Translations under genes and position numbers: made by a program
Notes under the pieces: model-generated
What the model was told of the DNA's origin: nothing
Seen by the model: only the letters and a program-made list of their open reading frames with translations
The model's database searches: none
Shown here: positions 28,057 to 40,689 of the stretch, piece by piece
Position numbering within the stretch: the stretch's first letter is position 1
Layout: every line of letters begins with the position of its first letter
Origin: Octopus vulgaris
Lineage: Eukaryota
Length of the DNA: 64,000 nucleotides
NCBI GenBank assembly: GCA_951406725.2
Contig: OX597821.1
Coordinates: forward strand, 103,850,001-103,914,000
Direction: 5' to 3'

Positions 28057-29026
28057 ACAAAAAATGGTTTGCGTAACAAACAAAAAATGGTTTGCGTAAA
28101 CGAATGGCCCTGCACAGATCCCAGATAAAAATTCCCCAAAACAGAAAAATAGCTTTTAGCCAACACATAGATACTTGCGCCAACAAAAAAACACCAAACT
28201 TCAGAATTTTCCCCCTCTACCAATTTAGGGACGATACAACCTCGAGACAACGAATAAGTAAAGAAAATCTCTTTATTACAAAATACAAGCCACTTCTTAA
28301 CGGGTCTACGAAAAACAATTAATATACCTCAACTTTAGAATAAAAGAAAAAATATATATATACACACACAAATACTACACTCCATAGAATCCATTACTAA
28401 TCAGCCCCTTCATAGCTATATTTACACCCATTCATATTCTCCCTTCTCTGTTTTTTCTTCTTCTTCTTCTTCCTCTTCTTCTTCATCATCATCATTATCA
28501 TCATCATCGACGTCATCATCATCACCACCATCATCACCACCATCTTCTCCTTCTCCTCCTTCTTCTTCTTCTTCTTCTTCTTCATCATCATCATTATCAT
28601 CATCATCGTCGTCATAATCATCACCACCATCACCATCATCGTCATCTTCTCCTTCTTCTTCTTCTTCTTCTTCTCCACCCCCTACCCCTTAAGTTTGTCA
28701 CTAATGTTTTTTAGTATAACACCTACGCTAATTCTATAAACAAGCCTGTCAATATAAATATTCTCCTGAATTGAACTGAGACTGCCAGCCGCCACTGACC
28801 ATTCAAAATACGACCATCAGGGCACTCCCAGATTCTCCCACCCCCTTTCCTCACCAGCCTTCCCTCTACTACCCTACCAAGAACTCACAACTACCTCGAA
28901 CACACAAGTGCAAACAAGGGAGTCAGAGAAAGGCAGAATGCCACTTAAATCTGAACACTACTATAGAAATATTCTTTTAAAAAAACTTTTCTTCTAATTT
29001 TTCTAAATTTAATTATTTAATCATTA

Positions 29027-29064
29027 CAGTTGAAAAGGTCTCAAAATGACCGAAACCGGTACTG
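29027..29064 (+). ncRNA. Minimal hammerhead (U3-A8 core variant) in the pLTR
   Basis: CAG-TTGAAAA-GGTC-TCAAAAT-GACC-GAA-ACCGGT-A-CTG; palindromic stem III, GUA site. Confidence 0.7.
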
Positions 29065-29171
29065 AAATGTTCACTATAAAATTATTTTAGCATTTTCTAT
29101 TTTTTACTTGTTTTTTCATATATATCAACTCGTGTGTTCCTTTTCACCCTTATACATATATATATATATAT

Positions 29172-29579
29172 ATATTGTTATATTTTGGAATGGTCATATT
29201 GCCAGTTTAGCCAATAAAAACACACGCACTATATATTTGGTGTTATTTTGCTTCAGTGATATTTATTTTTTACATTAATCTTAATCTTATTTCGGCCAAA
29301 GTTCTTTCGTCACACTCCTGTGACCGAATCAGTGGTCCTTTGTTTTCTTCTCACTTACTTGTGTCTCTCCTTACTAACCGTCAGCCGAAATAAGAACTTT
29401 GGCCGAAATAAGATTAAGATTAATGTAAAAAATAAATATCACTGAAGCAAAATAACACCAAATATATAGTGCGTGTGTTTTTATTGGCTAAACTGGCAAT
29501 ATGACCATTCCAAAATATAACAATATCTGTTTCAACACACGACTTCACATAAAAAATCTTGCACAACAAATATTTAAAC

Positions 29580-29580
<1 letters not shown>
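29172..29580. mobile_element. Fold-back mini-element with tail and degenerate hammerhead
   Basis: ~135-bp arms 29172-29306/29392-29526, tail 29527-29580; minus strand CCA-CTGATTCG-GTCAC..GTGAC-GAAAGAACTT-TGG. Confidence 0.8.
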
Positions 29581-29639
<59 letters not shown>

Positions 29640-29643
<4 letters not shown>

Positions 29644-30221
29644 GTGAAATAGAAAGATGAATAATCTTGTTGCAGATTAATCAAAAGTTTAACCGATACC
29701 TTGGTAGCAAAAATCACAGCAGAAGACAGCACGGTTGGAGGTACAACCATATGGTGTTGCAACCGTGCATTGGTACGGATAATTGAATTTTAATATTATT
29801 AGTGAATTGAAGAAATGGAGTTGAACGAAGATTGAACAGAAATCGTTTTATTGCATTCTACACGTGTTTCGAAAGCCACAATTTACCAAATTCCGATTGA
29901 ATAAGGAGACCATATTGTGTCTTTCTCTTCAGGAAGAAATAGGAATTCCGTTGGCAAAAACAAAAACAGAACAGAGGCGCAGCAAAAGAAATCGAACGAG
30001 GCTCCATGGGCTCTTAGGAGCCTCGTTCGATTTGTTTTGCTGCGCCTCTGTTCTGTTTTTGTTTTTGCCAACGGAAGTCCTATTTCTTCCTGAAGACAAA
30101 GACACAATATGGTCTCCTTATTCAATCGGAATTTGGTAAATTGTGGCTTTCGAAACACGTGTAGAATGCAATAAAACGATTTCTGTTCAATCTTCGTTCA
30201 ACTCCATTTCTTCAATTCACT

Positions 30222-30222
<1 letters not shown>
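29640..30222. mobile_element. Fold-back element with ~207-bp arms and a hammerhead in each arm
   Basis: Arms 29800-30006/30016-30222; TTC-CTGAAGA-GAAAG..CTTTC-GAA-ACACGTGT-A-GAA at 29856-29935 (minus) and 30087-30166 (plus); unpaired segment 29640-29799. Confidence 0.85.
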
Positions 30223-30287
<65 letters not shown>

Positions 30288-30454
30288 CGGGATTCTTTCA
30301 GTTTTACGTGTATATATATATATATATATACAGTTTTATGTGTATATATCTATATGTATGTATATGTAACTATATATATATATAATTACATGTGAATACA
30401 TTCAAACAAACATATATTATATGGATGAATGTATGTATGTAATAATCATTCACT

Positions 30455-30542
<88 letters not shown>

Positions 30543-30932
30543 ATATATATATATATGTTATATCTGTGCATATATGTGATTATGTGTATGTGTGCACGTA
30601 TGTATCTGCTGAAATAATCGAAACTGAACCATTTCAGGTACTTCTAAGTAAAGCTTAACCACCCAACTCTATGTTATTCAACTTTAGAACCTAATTAAAT
30701 AACGTTTTATATTATATTATATCCATGCACAGATCGTTACACTAGAAGTGGTTTTATTTCCTATATTTTCCCTCTTATCATGACATAGATCAATATAGCT
30801 AAAGAAATTATATTTTCGTATTAGAGATGTCAGAAGTACGCGTGAACTCTAATGCTGTATAATGGCCTAACCTTACAATAAATTTTATAAGAAGCTTATA
30901 TGCTTGCATACATGATGCACAGATTTTTACGA

Positions 30933-30968
<36 letters not shown>

Positions 30969-31062
30969 CTATATTTGTATATTTATATGCATACATAAAC
31001 ATATATATATATATATAAATATACATATACATATACATATACAATAATACATATACATAAAC

Positions 31063-31114
<52 letters not shown>

Positions 31115-31115
<1 letters not shown>

Positions 31116-31745
31116 AATAAATGGAGTTAAACGCAGGAGTTATTGAAATTATTTTACTTCCAGCTCACGTTTCGAAGATATTACTGGTATTATTCCAGAG
31201 GTGTAAAATAGAGTAAAACAATGTAATCTTCTCTTCAGGGAAATGAAGAAATCATCCTAGGACAATTAATACGAACTTAGTTAAGAATATTTCATTTAGA
31301 TTGTCTAAGTCATCTGCTAGTGTTGTTATTTTAAATCGTAATGCCCAATTTTATAACTCTGCCTTACTTACAGCAGGTTATAAAGAGAAAGTTACCTACA
31401 TTATTCCATTCAATCACTTTCTACCTTTACTAATGGAGATATAATATCTAGTTGTAAGGATATAACGGATATCAATTTTAATTTATACGCCAACACGAAA
31501 CAGTGGAAGGGAGAAAACCCTTATTTAATCCCCTATTTTCTTTCTAAAGGTAAATCTATGTCTTTCAAAGATAGTTACACTAAAAATAAGGTAATTAATA
31601 GTAAAACCATTTCGTTAATTATTCCTTACGGGAAAAAATTAAATCTAATCTTCCTTTGCAGTTTCGTGAAGCTATTATTAAGAATTTTCCAAAGAATTAC
31701 TATATTATGAACTCACACACGGTTAGGATTACATCTATACTTACA
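31115..31745. mobile_element. Older PLE: inverted pLTR with hammerhead (31158-31242, minus) plus plus-strand RT C-terminal remnant
   Basis: TTCC-CTGAAGA-GAAGAT..ATCTTC-GAAAC; then LVKNISFRLSKSS..FYNSALLTAGY..KNFPK..NSHTVRI, resembling PLE ISRRIS.LSS..YN.AL..SGY..FNRNTVK. Confidence 0.65.
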
Positions 31746-31808
31746 ACACTCACAGACACACGGACACGCGTACAGACACACACAGACGTACATACACACA
31801 CACACATA

Positions 31809-31851
<43 letters not shown>

Positions 31852-31974
31852 TAATATATTCAATAAGAAAGAATTATTTTCGAAATTTTTTCTCTTATGA
31901 GGTCTTTCACGCTATCTACCTGATAATTTCTTGTTAAGATTCATTATTAAGAAGTTGTCATGATTAGTTTAAGT

Positions 31975-33960
31975 ATTTTGTATGTAGGTATGGGTGTGTA
32001 TGTATGTGTGCGTGTGTACAAGTGTAAGTATAGATGCGGTAGTGTATGAGTGCTATGTAATTGAGTGTGAGTATTTATGCACTTGTATACATGCAAGTTT
32101 TGAATGTCCGTGTGATTGCACCCGTCTGCGTGTACACACTCAATTTTTTATATATATATTTTTATCTATATGAGTTTTCGTTTTTTATGGGTTTTTTAAA
32201 GAATTTGTAGAAAGTTTTGTATATTCCATTCATAATTTTTTAATTTACGTTTGTTTACTACGCGCAAAGAATTTTATATTCCATTCATAATTTTAATGAC
32301 GCTGTTTTACGTAGCGCTAATAATTTTTATATGTTTGGTTCCATGGTAACGTAATTTTTGTTTATTGTAATAACGGATAGAGTTATTCACTTCAAAATTT
32401 GATACTGATTAGAAGGTATGTCTATTTTTCTCCTTTGTTAATCTTGTTACTTATGATAATCTGATTACTTATGGAGTATTTTTTATATATATCGTATTAT
32501 GTGTAGAAATGTTGTTTTCTTTTGTATGTTTATGTATGTGTGAATGTGTGTGCGTGTGCGTATTTGATTGTATCGAGTTTTGTACGTATGTATTTGTATG
32601 TGTGAGTGTGTATATGGTTATGTTTGTGGGTGGGTGTATATATGTGTGTGTATTTGTGTGTATTGTGTAAGGGTTGTATCTTTATATTTATACTTGTATG
32701 TATGGATTTTATTTATCATGATTATTTTAATAAAAATTTTTGTATGTAGGTATGGGTGTGTATGCATGTGTGAGAGTGTACAAGTGTAAGTGTAGATGTG
32801 GGAGTGTATGAGTGCTATGTAATTGGGTGTGATTATTTATGCACTTGTATACATGTAAGTTTTGAATGTGCGTGTGATTGCACCCGTCTGCGTGTACACA
32901 CTCTTTTATATATATATTAATATATATATATATGAGTTTTCGTTTATCATGGTCGTTTTATTAAAGTTTGTTTGTATCGAGACTTGTACGTATGTATATG
33001 TATGTGTGAGTGCGTATATGGTTATGTTTGTGGGTGGGTGTATATATGTGTGTGTATTTGTGTGTATTGTGTTAGGGGTTGTATAGTTATATTTATACTT
33101 GTATGTATGGATTTCATTTCCATTCATAATTTTTTAAAACGTTTGATATCCACGTGCAAAGAATTGTTCGGTTTTCTTTTGAGTGTTTATGTATGTGTGA
33201 ATGTGTGTGTGTGTGTGTGTGTGTGATTGTTTGCGTAATTTATTTATCTGTATGGGTGTGGGTGTTTATATATTGGTATATATCGTGTTCTGTATGTATG
33301 TGTATGTATATGTATGTGTGAGCGGGTATATGTATATTGTTTATGAATTGAGTGTTGTATATGTGTGTGAGGAAGTATGAATAAGTAATGTATTGAGTGT
33401 ATGAGCATGTGTGTGTATATATAGTTTATTTTTTTTGTTTTTGTTTTTTGTTTTTTGGTTTTTGTTTTTTTTGTTTTTTGCTTGTTGTTTTTTTGGTTTT
33501 TGTACATTTTTAAATATGAGAACTTTTATAATAGGTTTTTATATTCAATTGTTTATAGGGTTTATTTTAGATTATTTTAGATTATATATTGATTATATAT
33601 AGATTATATATAGATTATATATAGATTATATATAGATTATATTTTTATTTTTATATTCTTTCATTGATAATTTTATTATTTTATTATTTTAAATTATTTT
33701 AAATTATATTTTAAAATATTGATATTTTTAGATCGAAAATCCACCTGAAGATTGTCGGTAGCAGACATGAAACATTTGTAGTGGCGGTTTATTTAATTTA
33801 TATTAAAATTTTATGTGTTGATTAAGTCTTTCCTTGTTTGGTTTTAAAATAGTGGTTTTGTCTCGAATTATATTATATAATATTTTACTATAAAATTGGA
33901 TTTAACCCTAAATCTGATTTTTCCCTGTAATTTTGGATTCATTCCCTAATATTTATTATT
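31975..33960 (+). mobile_element. Long TG-rich PLE-like 3' UTR with internal duplications and a hammerhead
   Basis: 31978-32200 resembles 32740-32960; 32568-32720 resembles 32972-33125; hammerhead at 33741-33784; ends in (TA)n. Confidence 0.55.
33741..33784 (+). ncRNA. Minimal hammerhead ribozyme motif
   Basis: CCAC-CTGAAGA-T-TGTC-GGTAGCA-GACA-T-GAA-AC-ATTT-GT-A-GTGG. Confidence 0.8.
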
Positions 33961-33983
33961 ATTATATATATATATATATATAT

Positions 33984-34147
33984 ACGACGGGCTTCTTAGA
34001 GTTTCCATCGACCACATCCACTCACAAGGCTATGGTCGGCCCGAGGCTAAAGTAGAAGACACATGCTCAAGGTGCTACGCAGTGGGACTGAACCCGGAAC
34101 CATGTGGTTGGTAAGCAAGGTACTTACCACACAGCCAGCTCTACGCC
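33984..34147 (-). mobile_element. Family B SINE 5' half
   Basis: GGCTGTGTGGTAAG..GGGTTCAGTCCCACTGCG on the minus strand. Confidence 0.85.
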
Positions 34148-34269
34148 TTTGTTGATATAAAAAGAAAGTTCGTAGGGGAAGTCAATGGATGAATTGTGTT
34201 GGGTTGAGTTACATTGGGTTTAATATAGAGGAATGGTATTAGAAGAAAGAAGGGATATATATATATGTT

Positions 34270-34361
34270 GCAATACATATACTAAAACTGGAACGATACA
34301 AAGAAGATTAGCAAGGTCCCTGCGCAAGGATAACATGCAAATTCCTAAAATGTTTCCTATT
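34270..34361 (+). pseudogene. U6 snRNA pseudogene, 5'-truncated
   Basis: ACATATACTAAAACTGGAACGATACAAAGAAGATTAGCAAGGTCCCTGCGCAAGGATAACATGCAAATTC matches the U6 core; ACAGAGA box mutated to ACAAAGA. Confidence 0.9.
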
Positions 34362-34369
34362 ATCATATG

Positions 34370-34766
34370 CAAGAGCGGCTTTGTGGTAAGAAGCTTGCTT
34401 GCCAACGACATAGTTCTGGTTTCTATGCCACTACGTGGCACCTTAGATAAATGTCTTCTACAAGAGCCTCGGGCCGATCAGAGCCTTGTGAGTGGATTAG
34501 GTAGATGGAAACTGAAAGAAGCCCGTCATATATATATATATATGTGTGTGTGTATTTATTATTTGCGTCTGTGTTTGTCCCCTCCACCACCATCGCTTGA
34601 CAACCGATGTTGATGTGTTTACGTCCCCGTCACTTAGAGGTTCGGCAAAAGGAGATCGAAAGAATAAGTACTAGGCTTATAAAGAATATGTCCTGGGGTC
34701 GATTTGTTCGACTATATGCAGTGCTCCTCTATGATCACAGTCAGATGGCTGCAGTAAGTAAAAGAA
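34370..34766 (+). mobile_element. Family B SINE
   Basis: Full motif order with internal microsatellite. Confidence 0.85.
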
Positions 34767-34779
34767 AAACACAATGTGC

Positions 34780-34832
<53 letters not shown>

Positions 34833-35107
34833 CTTTTTTCATCATAAAAATCTATGGATGATTTAGGAGATCGCTAATGTGTATACTTACATTAATAAAA
34901 ACAGCTGATTGCAATATTATCATGTAAAAAAAAAAGATTATCGTCAACTATCAGAGTATATGTAGGTGTCATTCACGCCTTTAGTCAAATATAATTGATG
35001 ACAGTAATATACACACTTTAGCTATCTGCTAAATGATCCATAAATTTTGATGGTGAATGTATATACTTTGATAGACGAGCTACGCCGGAATCAACCGAAC
35101 GAGCTGG

Positions 35108-35157
35108 CCTTACTGAAGATGGATACGGAAAAGTGCCGAAACTGGGTCTTTGTAAGG
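35108..35157 (+). ncRNA. Degenerate hammerhead motif
   Basis: CCTTA-CTGAAGA-TGG..GCC-GAAAC-TGG-GTC-(TTTG)-TAAGG. Confidence 0.45.
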
Positions 35158-35366
35158 AATTCTCAGTCTAAGGAATTCTCTATTTCAGGCCGTTTGCTGT
35201 CCCTAAGACCTTTGTAACAACACTGGAGCACTTTAACTCCTATTTCTAGCAATGTAGGTATTATTAACACTCTTAGTCAAAATTTATTTGACCACTATAA
35301 TTTTCCTTTACGGTATAATGCTGCAAATGCCTGCTTCTATTAAGGTAAGCATGAGTGGCTGTGTGG

Positions 35367-35508
35367 AGGCGCAGGAGTGGCTGTGTGGTAAGTGGCTTAC
35401 TTACCAACCACATAGTTCCGTGGCAACTTCGTCATGTGTCTTCTACTATAGACTCAAGGCGACCAAAGTCTTGAGAGTACATTTGTTAGACGGAAACTGA
35501 AAGAAACC

Positions 35509-35561
<53 letters not shown>

Positions 35562-35910
35562 TAGATAGATAGGTAGATATACATACTTACATATATATAT
35601 ATATGTATGTATGTATATCTATTTATCTATCTCTCTATATACATATATATATATACATATACATATATATACATATGTATCTATATGTATGTGTGTGTAT
35701 ATGGTTGTGTGTCTGTGTTTGTGTACACCAACATCGCTTGACAACCGATCCTGGTGTGTTTGCGTCCTCGTAACTTAGGGGTTCGGCAAAAAAACCGATA
35801 GAATAAGTACTAGGCTTACAAAGAATAAGTCCTTGGGTCAATTTGTTCGTTTAAAACGCGGTGTTCCAGCATTGCCGCAGTAAAAATGGCTGAAAGAAGT
35901 AAAAGAATAA
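35367..35910 (+). mobile_element. Family B SINE with expanded internal microsatellite
   Basis: GGCGCAGGAGTGGCTGTGTGGTAAG head; 3' half at 35705-35910. Confidence 0.85.
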
Positions 35911-35929
35911 AATAATATATAAATATATA

Positions 35930-36130
35930 TCGCGTGTATCGTTGGCGATTTTTTTCCCTCCGTCTTCCCTTCCTTGGATCTTTCCTTTTCCTATGTTTCT
36001 GACGAAGATCTCCGCTCGAAACGTTAAATCCCCCTTCTTTCTTTCCTTTCCTGAGCGTCCAATAACACTATACATGTTCCACGTCCTCGCGTTGTTGTGT
36101 TTTCTCTTTGTGTTTTCAAGTTTGGATTAA
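35930..36130 (+). mobile_element. Second copy of the 200-bp hammerhead element
   Basis: TTT-CTGACGA-AGATCTCCGCTC-GAA-ACGT-T-AAA at 35996-36028. Confidence 0.75.
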
Positions 36131-36223
36131 GTATATATATATGACTTTAGCCCTAGTGGAATGGAACACGGAAACCGTGTGGTCGAGAAGCAATCTTCTT
36201 ACAACACAACGGTCCTACGACTG

Positions 36224-36265
<42 letters not shown>

Positions 36266-36751
36266 GTGTGTGTCTGCGTGTGTGTGTGTGTGTGAGTGCG
36301 TCTACTCATGTGCGTGCGTGCGTATATATTTATAATATTAAATGCCAAAACGAATTTCGGTGTGTCAGTGTGTCACACTTTCACTCTATCATTATTCAAT
36401 GACAATTCTTCTATTCCTCCTCAGGGGTGAGAGTAATAGTAGGCATAGGTGGTGAAAGCGGTAGTAGATTGACAGCTGTGAAGGTAATGGGGTGACAGTA
36501 ATGGCTGTAGTTATGATAGTGGTGGAGGCGACGGTGATGATGATGGTGGTGGTGGTGGTGGTTGTGATGGCCGAGGCTGTCAGGGATGCTGGTGATAGTA
36601 AGCGATGTGAAAGACAGAAAGCGGTGATGGTGGTGGAGGAGAAGGCTGCGAAGTCAAAGGTGTTGATAATGGTAGCGTCAGAAGTTTGGTGCATGTATGA
36701 CAGTTTTGGTGGCGATGATGTTGGTACAGGTGATGGTTGAAAACAATCAAC

Positions 36752-36801
<50 letters not shown>

Positions 36802-37052
36802 GAGAGGGGGGCGAGAGAGAGAAAAAAGAGAGAAAGAGGTTAGACACAAAAATTTTGCCCATCGAATGGAGAGACAAAAGAATGTTGTTTATTATGCAGC
36901 TTTGCAGTAAGTCCATTGCTTGAAAATATTGGTCAAGTTTGAGAAAATTTAATATGTACTCATTGAATGAAGTGTCATTGATGGGCCCAAAGCCCAATGA
37001 AGAGCTCTCCATAGGAGTTAGCTTCAAAGCTACCATGAATATATATATATAT

Positions 37053-37740
<688 letters not shown>

Positions 37741-37742
<2 letters not shown>

Positions 37743-37948
37743 AGGGAATTTTATAATCACTATGTGGAAACCCTTATGCTGGGGGAAGATTCGCTATGGG
37801 TCTAGCATAAGGGTTTCCACATAGTGGTTAAAAATTATCCCTTATATTTAAGTCTTATTTACTGAATCTCAGTTATTTTATATGCTAGACCACTAGTGTT
37901 AAAATTGATGTCATTAAATTAATATCCAATTTTTCACCCTCATTTTGA
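37741..37948. mobile_element. Fold-back mini-element (GCTAG group)
   Basis: Arms about 37741-37780/37804-37843; ~105-nt tail with ATGCTAGACCACT and TTCACCCT. Confidence 0.7.
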
Positions 37949-37973
37949 TATATATATATATATGATTGCACAC

Positions 37974-38039
<66 letters not shown>

Positions 38040-38042
<3 letters not shown>

Positions 38043-38440
38043 TAAAAAATGGAGTTAACGCAGGTTTAAACAAGTATTTTTACTTTCTACACATGTTTCG
38101 AAAATTCCACTGATACTTTTCAAAAGAATAAATGGTATAAACAATGCATAAAAATTCTAATTAGGCGGCGAGCTGGCAGAAACATTAGCACGCCGGGCGA
38201 AATGCGTAGCCGTATTTCGTCTGCCATTACGTTGTGAGTTCAAATTCCGCCGAGGTCGACTTTGCCTTTCATCATTTCGGGGTCGATAAATTAAGTACCA
38301 GTTACGCACTGAGGGTCGATGTAATCGACTTAATACCTATGTCTGTCCTTGTTTGTCCCCTCTAAGTTTAGCCCCTTGTGGGTAATAAAGAAATAGGTAT
38401 AAACAATGCAATCTTCTCTTCGGGAAAGTGAAAAAAACGA
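38040..38440 (-). mobile_element. Inverted pLTR related to those at 29800 and 31115; hammerhead split by a SINE
   Basis: CTTTC-CCGAAGA-GAAGAT..[SINE]..TTC-GAAACATGTGTA-GAAAG; shares the AATGGAGTT terminus. Confidence 0.7.
38164..38395 (+). mobile_element. Family A SINE, well preserved, 15-bp TSD
   Basis: GGTATAAACAATGCA at 38134-38148 and 38396-38410. Confidence 0.92.
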
Positions 38441-38819
38441 AACTCGTCATTACGACATTTTAGCAAAAAATGATGGATTTGTATAGCGATAGACAGAACG
38501 CTATTAATATTGTTTAAAAAAACGTTATATGATATAACGTCATAAGTAGCTAACAGAAAGAGTAGGGATATTAATAGTGAATGTTAAATATAAAGGAAAT
38601 TAAAGTTTAAATTATATATAATGATAGAGACTACTTATATGCACTAAATGTATGTTTCTGCCAATGCTTACATCTGTATGCTCGTTCTATAACCGTGTTT
38701 ACTAGAGTATTTTTAGAAAAAATAATGAAAAGGAGCTCAGAATTGCTGCCCTGGTGACTATTTATTTATTTTTCCGTGTTAATTGTTAACAAGGTAAAAA
38801 TACACTCATCTATTTATAT

Positions 38820-39050
38820 ACTTTGATACTTTGATACTTTGATAGGTTTTGGCCATTATTTTGGCCATGTCTAACTTAATAGCACCACCTGGTGAAGTCT
38901 TTCAAGTCAGAATTTGGGCACTATGGTCCACTCAAGTAGAGAGTTATTGTTTACAGAGACATATCCGTGTGTAGAGGGTTTATCCGGGATTTCTTGAAGG
39001 AATCTGTCCAAAGACTTCTTGAACCCTATAGGGTCAGTTTCTGTTTTAAT

Positions 39051-39052
<2 letters not shown>
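38820..39052 (-). mobile_element. CR1/L2-group LINE 3' end
   Basis: [24 protein letters not shown], short UTR and (TATCAAAG)3 tail. Confidence 0.75.
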
Positions 39053-39091
<39 letters not shown>

Positions 39092-39107
39092 AATATATAT
39101 ATACGTG

Positions 39108-39245
<138 letters not shown>

Positions 39246-40327
39246 TAGATATATATATATACATATATTATAAACGAAAGGCTCCAATTTCCAGTTCTCT
39301 GAATTATTTGTTTCCGATCATCAGCTGGCAAACCGATCTTTCTTTTCTTTTAAATATTTACTGCTTGAATATTTTTTGAAATATGAAATGAAATATTGAA
39401 GTAAACGTCTACCCTATGTTCTTTTGTTTAAATACCTTTACGAGCGACATTTTCAAAAACGACTACTTCAAGCTCACGTTTTTATTTTCATTTCTGCTTC
39501 TTGCAGCAATGTTCTAAACGCCTGAGACCTCATACGCGCAAAGGTGCACCAATTTTTTTCCTCATGGAATTGCTCTGCTTAAAGTAATATTTTCAGTTGG
39601 TTTGGAAATGTCTTACGAAATGTCTTTACGTTCTGAGCTCAAATACCGCCTTCGTCGACTTTCATCCTTTTGGGGCCGCTAAAATAAGTACCATTTTGGG
39701 CTCTGCGGTCGATGTAATCGACATACTCACCCTTCCAAAACTGCTTGCTTGTGCCGACATTTGAAACCAAATCCATGACTGTAACTTTATTAACATCAAC
39801 AACCATCGTATCACATCTCGCTGCACCACAAATGAACAACCGTTGCTGACTTACACAACAAATCAAAGGAAAAGACTGCATTTAATAGAAATTCTTTATG
39901 TTTTTCATTATTACAACAGTAGGTAAGCTACCTGTCTAAGATCCACTTCTCCTCATCGTGTTTAATCAAGCTGATGACCAAAAACTAAAACCAGACGATA
40001 GAATATCTAAAAACTAAATGATCAAATGAAACATGTCGGCTCGGAATTTTTCGTGCTACCAGTACAACGAAAATATTTTTCAGTGGTGATCATGTCTGTT
40101 AGCTTACATTTTTATTTTCTTAAGCTTTTTTGAAATGTTTTCCATTGTTTTCTGTACGTATATTATTTTTACCATTTTTGGCAGCGTGTTTCCCCTACTT
40201 CCCGTTCCTTTTCTGCATCAAGTTTAGGTAATTTTTATATCTTCATTTTCTATTTCATAGACATCGTCTACGTGTTCTGAGTTGTCGCTGTCTTCTTCTT
40301 CTTCTTCTTCTTCTTCTTCTTCTTCTT

Positions 40328-40413
<86 letters not shown>

Positions 40414-40689
40414 CCTCCTCCCCCTTCTTCTTCTTCTTCTTCTTCTCCCCATCCTCCTCCTCCTTCTTCTTCTTTTCACCTCCATCGGTAACTTTATCAT
40501 AAACTTTATCGTCACCGTCATCATTTTCAACGCAGCCATTACGCACGTATACAACAAACAACCTCAACTTCGTCGCTAGAACTGCCCGAAATAGCAGCTA
40601 AAACTCTCTTTCAAATTACATTCTACCGTCTTAAGAGATAGTAGCTTTCCTTTATCTAGAACGTCTTGCAGATAAATTGAAACAATTTT

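Larger units (their letters stand above)
25620..29155. mobile_element. Young Neptune-like Penelope-like retroelement with inverted pLTR, in (TA)n
   Basis: Minus copy 28056 to 25620 (RT, endonuclease, UTR); plus copy 28077 to 29155; arms 25620-26671/28077-29117 differ at only a few sites; only the plus copy has the ~35-nt tail. Confidence 0.95.

Noticed and set aside
28057-28250. N-terminal 65 aa of the 449-aa RT ORF
   Set aside because: This is antisense read-through of the inverted arm, not part of the RT.
29864-30158. Two near-identical 91-aa ORFs on opposite strands
   Set aside because: A consequence of the palindrome, with no protein motif.
25412-30222. Palindromes as assembly fold-back artefacts
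   Set aside because: The arms carry substitutions and indels, have asymmetric tails, and related families recur elsewhere in the window. Read-level confirmation is still advisable.
39280-39330. CCAG-CTGATGA-TCG-GAAAC on the minus strand
   Set aside because: No stem II and no proper stem III, so not counted as a hammerhead.
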